From Scenedesmus sp. PABB004 (taxonomy: Eukaryota): a DNA stretch of 64,000 nucleotides. Every line of letters begins with the position of its first letter. The stretch's first letter is position 1. Where the stretch lies: NCBI GenBank assembly GCA_014905635.1, contig JABVCE010000012.1, positions 992,001 to 1,056,000 on the forward strand, in the 5' to 3' direction. The notes under the pieces were generated by a model. The model saw only the letters and a list, made by a program, of their open reading frames with translations, was not told the DNA's origin and made no database searches. Both the position numbers and the translations under genes were made by a program. Below are positions 60,016 to 64,000 of the stretch, piece after piece.

Positions 60016-62749
60016 ATGGCGGACACGGACGACCTGCACCCCCTCCTCGCCCAGCTGCGGCGCGCTCAGGCGCTGCCGTGCGCTGAGGCGCCGGCGTTCA
60101 CTGACCGCGAGCCTGTGACGACGCCCTGGGACGCGGCGCTGGCCGGCGGCCGCGGCGGCGGCGGCGGCGCAGCGGATCGCGCGCCGCCCGCCGGCGCGGT
60201 CGCGGCTCGCTCCGGGCCCGCGCCCTGGGCCGACCAGCACGCGTCCTGCCACCCCTTCACGACCACGCGCCCCGGGCCCCTTGCGACGGGCGCGGCGGCA
60301 CGCCAGCCGGCCCCGCGCGCGGCCGGCCGCGCCGCGCTCGGCGGCGGCAAGGAGAACGGCGCCGCCGCCGCGCCGGCCGCCTGGCTTGCCAAGCCGGCGG
60401 CGGCGCCGCTGAAGCAGGCGGCGGCGCCGCTGAAGCAGGCGGCGGCGCCGCTGAAGCCGGCGGCGGCGCCGCTGAAGCCGGCCGCGTCGCTGGGCGTGCC
60501 AGGCGGCGCGCCCGGGCGGCCGCCGCTGGCCGCGCTCTCGGCCAACCGCCAGGCGGTCGCGCCGCCGCCGCCGACCAGCCCCGCGTGTGCGCACGCCGCG
60601 CCGGAGCGCCCCGAGGGCGCCAGCCCGCTGCCGGACCGCCCCGGCGCCAGCGGCGCAGCGCACGAGGGCCGGCTCTGGCTGCAGGACGGCGTCGCCGCCG
60701 CGCGCGGCGCGCCCGGCGCGGTGCCTGCGCCCCCGAACATGGCGTCGCGCGCGGCGGACTTCCTGAAGCGGCTCCACGTCGTCACGTGGCGCGTCCAGGC
60801 GCAGCAGCACAGCTCCCGCGCGCCGGTGGCGCACGTGCGGGGCCTGCCGCCGCCTCCCGCCAGCGGCGGCAGCGAGCCGCGCGCGGCGGCGACCCCGAGC
60901 AGCCGCAGCGCCAGCATGTTCCAGCCGCTCACCAACAAGCGGCAGGAGCTGGCGGCAGCCGCCGCGGCGCCGGCACACAGCGGCGCGCAGGGCAGCTGCT
61001 GGAGCGCCCACAGCGGCGCCAGCACGGGCGCCGTCGGCGCGGAGCAGCTCCTGCAAGCCTGCGGCGCGCCCTGCGAGCTGCGCGACGGCGGCGGTGGCCC
61101 CGCGCGCACCGCCTGCAGCAGCGTGGCCAGCGGGGGTGCCCCGCCGAGCACTGCGTGCTCCCTGCAAGGCCGCGGCGCGTCCTGCGAGCCGCGCGGCGCC
61201 GCGGCCGCGGCGCCCGGGAGCGCGGAGGAGTTCCTGCAAGTCCTGGAGGCGTTCAAGGCGCGCGTCGCCGGCGCCACGGCGCGCCACGCGCCCGCCGAGC
61301 CGGCTCCCGGCCCGGCACACGTCGGCGACGCGCGCCCTCCCCGCGCCGGCGCGCCGCCCGCCGCGGCGCACGCTGGCTACGCTGTGCGCACGGCCGCGCC
61401 CGCCAGCGCGGCGAGCGGCGCGCCGCCGCAGCCGCGCGGCGAGGCGCTCGCGGGGTTGCCGGGCGGCGCCCCGCGCCTCGACGCGCCTGGCCGCGCGCCG
61501 CCGCGCGCCGCCCCCGCCGGCGTGCACTGCCCAGGTGGCGCGGCCGCGCCGTGGGCGGGCGACGCGGCCGGCTGCGGCGGCGGCCACGGCGGCGCCGCCA
61601 CGGCGTACGGCCTGCTGTGGCAGCTCAGCCGCCAGCAGCGCCTGCGCGCGGCGACCGCGGGGGCGTCCAGCGGCGGCAGCAGCATCCTGGAGACCGCCAC
61701 CTCTGCACCACCCCAGCACGGCCAGCCAGGCGGCGGCGCCAGCCGCACGCAGCGCGCCACGCCCGGCAGCGACGCCAGCAGCTGCGGCTCTGCAGCTGCG
61801 GCTGCACCAGCACCGCCGTCGCCGGGCAGCGCCGGCGCGTCGGCGGCGGCCTACCCTGCCTCTGCGCGCCTCGGGCGCCCGCCTGCCACATCCGGCCTGA
61901 CGAGCGGCGGCGCCGGCGCCGCCTGCGCGCCCCACGCCGCGGCGCTTTGCGGCGGCCGCGGCGCGGAGGTCGCCTCCGCGCTGGCCGCGCGCGCGTCGGC
62001 AGCCGCCGCCCTGGCAGCCAGCGCGGCCGCCGCGCGCGCGGGCGCCCCGCCGGCGGCGGGCAGCAGCGCCTCCAGCATCGAGCAGTGGGCGGGCTGGCGC
62101 GCCACCGCGGCGGAGCTGGCCGCCTCGGCCGCGGGCGGCTCCGATTGCGCGTCGGCCAGCGACGTTGCTGCCGCGCCGGCGGCGCTGCGGCGGCGCGTGG
62201 GCGCGGGCGCTGCCGCGGTCGCGCGGGGGCTGCGCCGGCGGCCGCGGCCGGGAGCCCCGGGCCGGCAGCTGCCAGTCGCGCGCGGGCGCGTGCGCCGAGG
62301 CGCCCCGCCCCGCGCTGCCGCGCCAGCAGGCGCTGGCGGACCTGGCCAGCCTGCTCGGCGCCGGCTGGCTGCCGCACGGCCGCCCCGGCGCCGGAGCGGT
62401 CACCAGCAGCAGCGACACCAGCGTCGGCAGCCCCCGCAGCGCCGCCGCGGGTGCGGGGAGCCCCGCGAGCCAGCCGCGCTCCTCGCCCGCCACGACGCGC
62501 GGCAGCAGCGCCGGCAGCAGCCTGCGCGACACCGCAGCGTCGGCGCGCGCGCACCCGGTGCTACCCTGCACGCCGTGGGTGGGGCTTGGCGGCGGCGCCG
62601 GCGACGCCGCGGGCAACTACGTGGCCGCCGCGGTCGAGCACCTGCTGGGCGGCGCGGCGTCGGTCGACGAGCGCTGGGTGCGCCAGCAGCGCGCGCGCGC
62701 CGCGCGCGCCAAGCTCGGCGCACGCCGCCGCCTGGACTGGGGCGCGTGA
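60016..62749 (+). CDS. Hypothetical low-complexity protein with KEN box and D-box-like motifs (probable intron at about 62198-62329)
   Basis: A long open frame from MADTDDLHPLL with coding-like codon bias contains GKENG and RPPLAALSAN. The last exon reads ALADLASLLGAGW...ARRRLDWGA*. Confidence 0.65.
60391..60492 (+). repeat. 21-bp coding minisatellite (about 4.8 copies, KPAAAPL/KQAAAPL)
   Basis: aagc(c/a)ggcggcggcgccgctg is repeated in tandem. Confidence 0.95.
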
Positions 62750-62936
62750 CGACGGGTCTGGGGTCGAGCATCGTCGTTGTTTTTTAACAGCGCGTCGGAT
62801 GCGTGTTGACGCTCAGAACCTAGGGCTGGTCGCCGCCGCGCAGTCCCACACACTCACCGCCGCCGCCAACACGCCGCCGCCAACACGCCGCACTCGCCGC
62901 CAGCAGCCGCCGCCGCATTCGCTCCTCGCAGCGCCG

Positions 62937-64000
62937 ATGGCGCACGACGGCTGCCGCGAGGTCGAATGGAAGGGCCAGCCATTCAGCTACCTCATGCACC
63001 ACCCGGGCTTCAACCGGACGGAGAACTACGGCTCCGCAAAGGCGGAGGGCGGCGGTGCGTGGTCGCGAAGTGTGGAGCAGCAGCGGCCAGCGCCCCCGCG
63101 CGCCTGCGCCGCGGCGAGCCGCCAGCGCGGCTCATTGGCGTCGCGGGCCTCTGACGCGCCCTCCGCGCCGCCCCGCGCCGCCCCGCGCGGCCCCAGGCGG
63201 CCACGGCGGGCCGGCAGCAGCGCGTGGCAGCAGCGACGTCCACCAGCCGGTGAGGCCCCCGCGGCGCGACCGGGCATGCGCAGGCCGCGTGTCGAGGAGC
63301 AGCAGCGCGGTGGCGGCAGCGGCGGCAGCGGCGGCGACGGCGGCGGCGGCTGCCGCAGCGGCCGGCGCGCGTCCCAGCCGCGCGACCGCGCCGCCCTCCC
63401 CTGCCGCCCTCCCGTGCACGCAGGCCGGCACGGGCACCTGGAACGGCCCCGCGCCGCGCGGCGCGGGCGCGGCGGGCGCGGCGGGCGCGGCGGGCGCGGC
63501 GGCCGTCGCGGAGCCGCGCACCGTGCTGCTCAGCAGCGGCGCGCGCATGCCGATGATCGGCCTCGGCACGTACAAGCTCGAGTCGCCGGACGTCATCAAG
63601 ACCGCGCTGGAGCTCGGCTACCGCCACTTTGACTGTGCGCGCCGCGCGGCGCAGCACGGGCCGCGGCGGCCCGCGCAGCGCCGCCGCCTCGCCGCGCCCC
63701 TGCACCCCGCAACCCCGCCGCCGCGCCGTGCGTAGGCGCCGCGTTTTACGGCAACGAGGCCGTCGTGGGTGCGGGGCTCGCCGACTTCATTGCCGCGGGG
63801 CGGCGCGGCGAGCTGTTCGTCACGTCCAAGGTCTGGAATACCCACCACCGCCCCGCCGACGCGAGGTGTGCGCGCGCGCGCGTGGCGCGGCGGCCGCGCC
63901 GCTCACGCGGCCTGCGCGGCGCCTCGCCCCGTGAGCGTCCGCCGCGCCGCGCCGCGCCGCAGGGCGTCCGTGGTGCAGAGCCTGAAGGACCTGGGCCTGT
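62937..64000 (+). CDS. Aldo-keto reductase, 5' part (runs off the window), with N-terminal extension
   Basis: LSSGARMPMIGLGTY, ALELGYRHFDC|AAFYGNEAVVG, RGELFVTSKVWNTHH and SLKDLGL. Two upstream exons splice in phase. Confidence 0.92.

Noticed and set aside
59875..63632. Very long Ala/Arg/Pro/Gly-rich ORFs in the track (for example 1015 aa at 60585-63632, 913 aa at 59875-62616, and many others window-wide)
   Set aside because: Stop codons are rare at this GC content. These are off-frame or antisense shadows of real spliced genes and lack motifs.

Overview
Eukaryotic nuclear DNA, extremely GC-rich, gene-dense and intron-rich. It most likely comes from a chlorophycean green alga. This is inferred from the nuclear intron-containing NAD7, the TGTAA poly(A) signals and the plastid-targeted proteins. 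The long Ala/Arg/Pro ORFs in the track are mostly GC artefacts, so gene models were rebuilt by hand across splice sites. Left to right: a degenerate Fanzor/TnpB-like fragment at the window edge, a RING-CH E3 ligase, organellar prolyl-tRNA synthetase, complex I 49-kDa subunit, a four-gene GH31 alpha-glucosidase cluster (one inverted plus three tandem copies with patchwork similarity), NRAMP, FKBP12 with an upstream presequence exon, a thylakoid-lumen protein, a small hypothetical ORF, a cupin, CCT5, a Clp-N/ClpT-like protein, PDI-C, MnmA/TRMU, a Pkr1-like ORF, an Aurora-like kinase, a KEN/D-box low-complexity protein and a truncated aldo-keto reductase. The most notable observations are: (1) a Pkr1-like ORF whose stop lies 10 nt before the mnmA ATG (candidate bicistronic mRNA); (2) a very high proportion of GC-AG introns; (3) a Fanzor-like E-x-R-T-S-x-x-C-x-x-C remnant followed by a nested hairpin; (4) gene-conversion tracts and intron-position turnover in the GH31 cluster. 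All family assignments are from motif recognition, with no database search.
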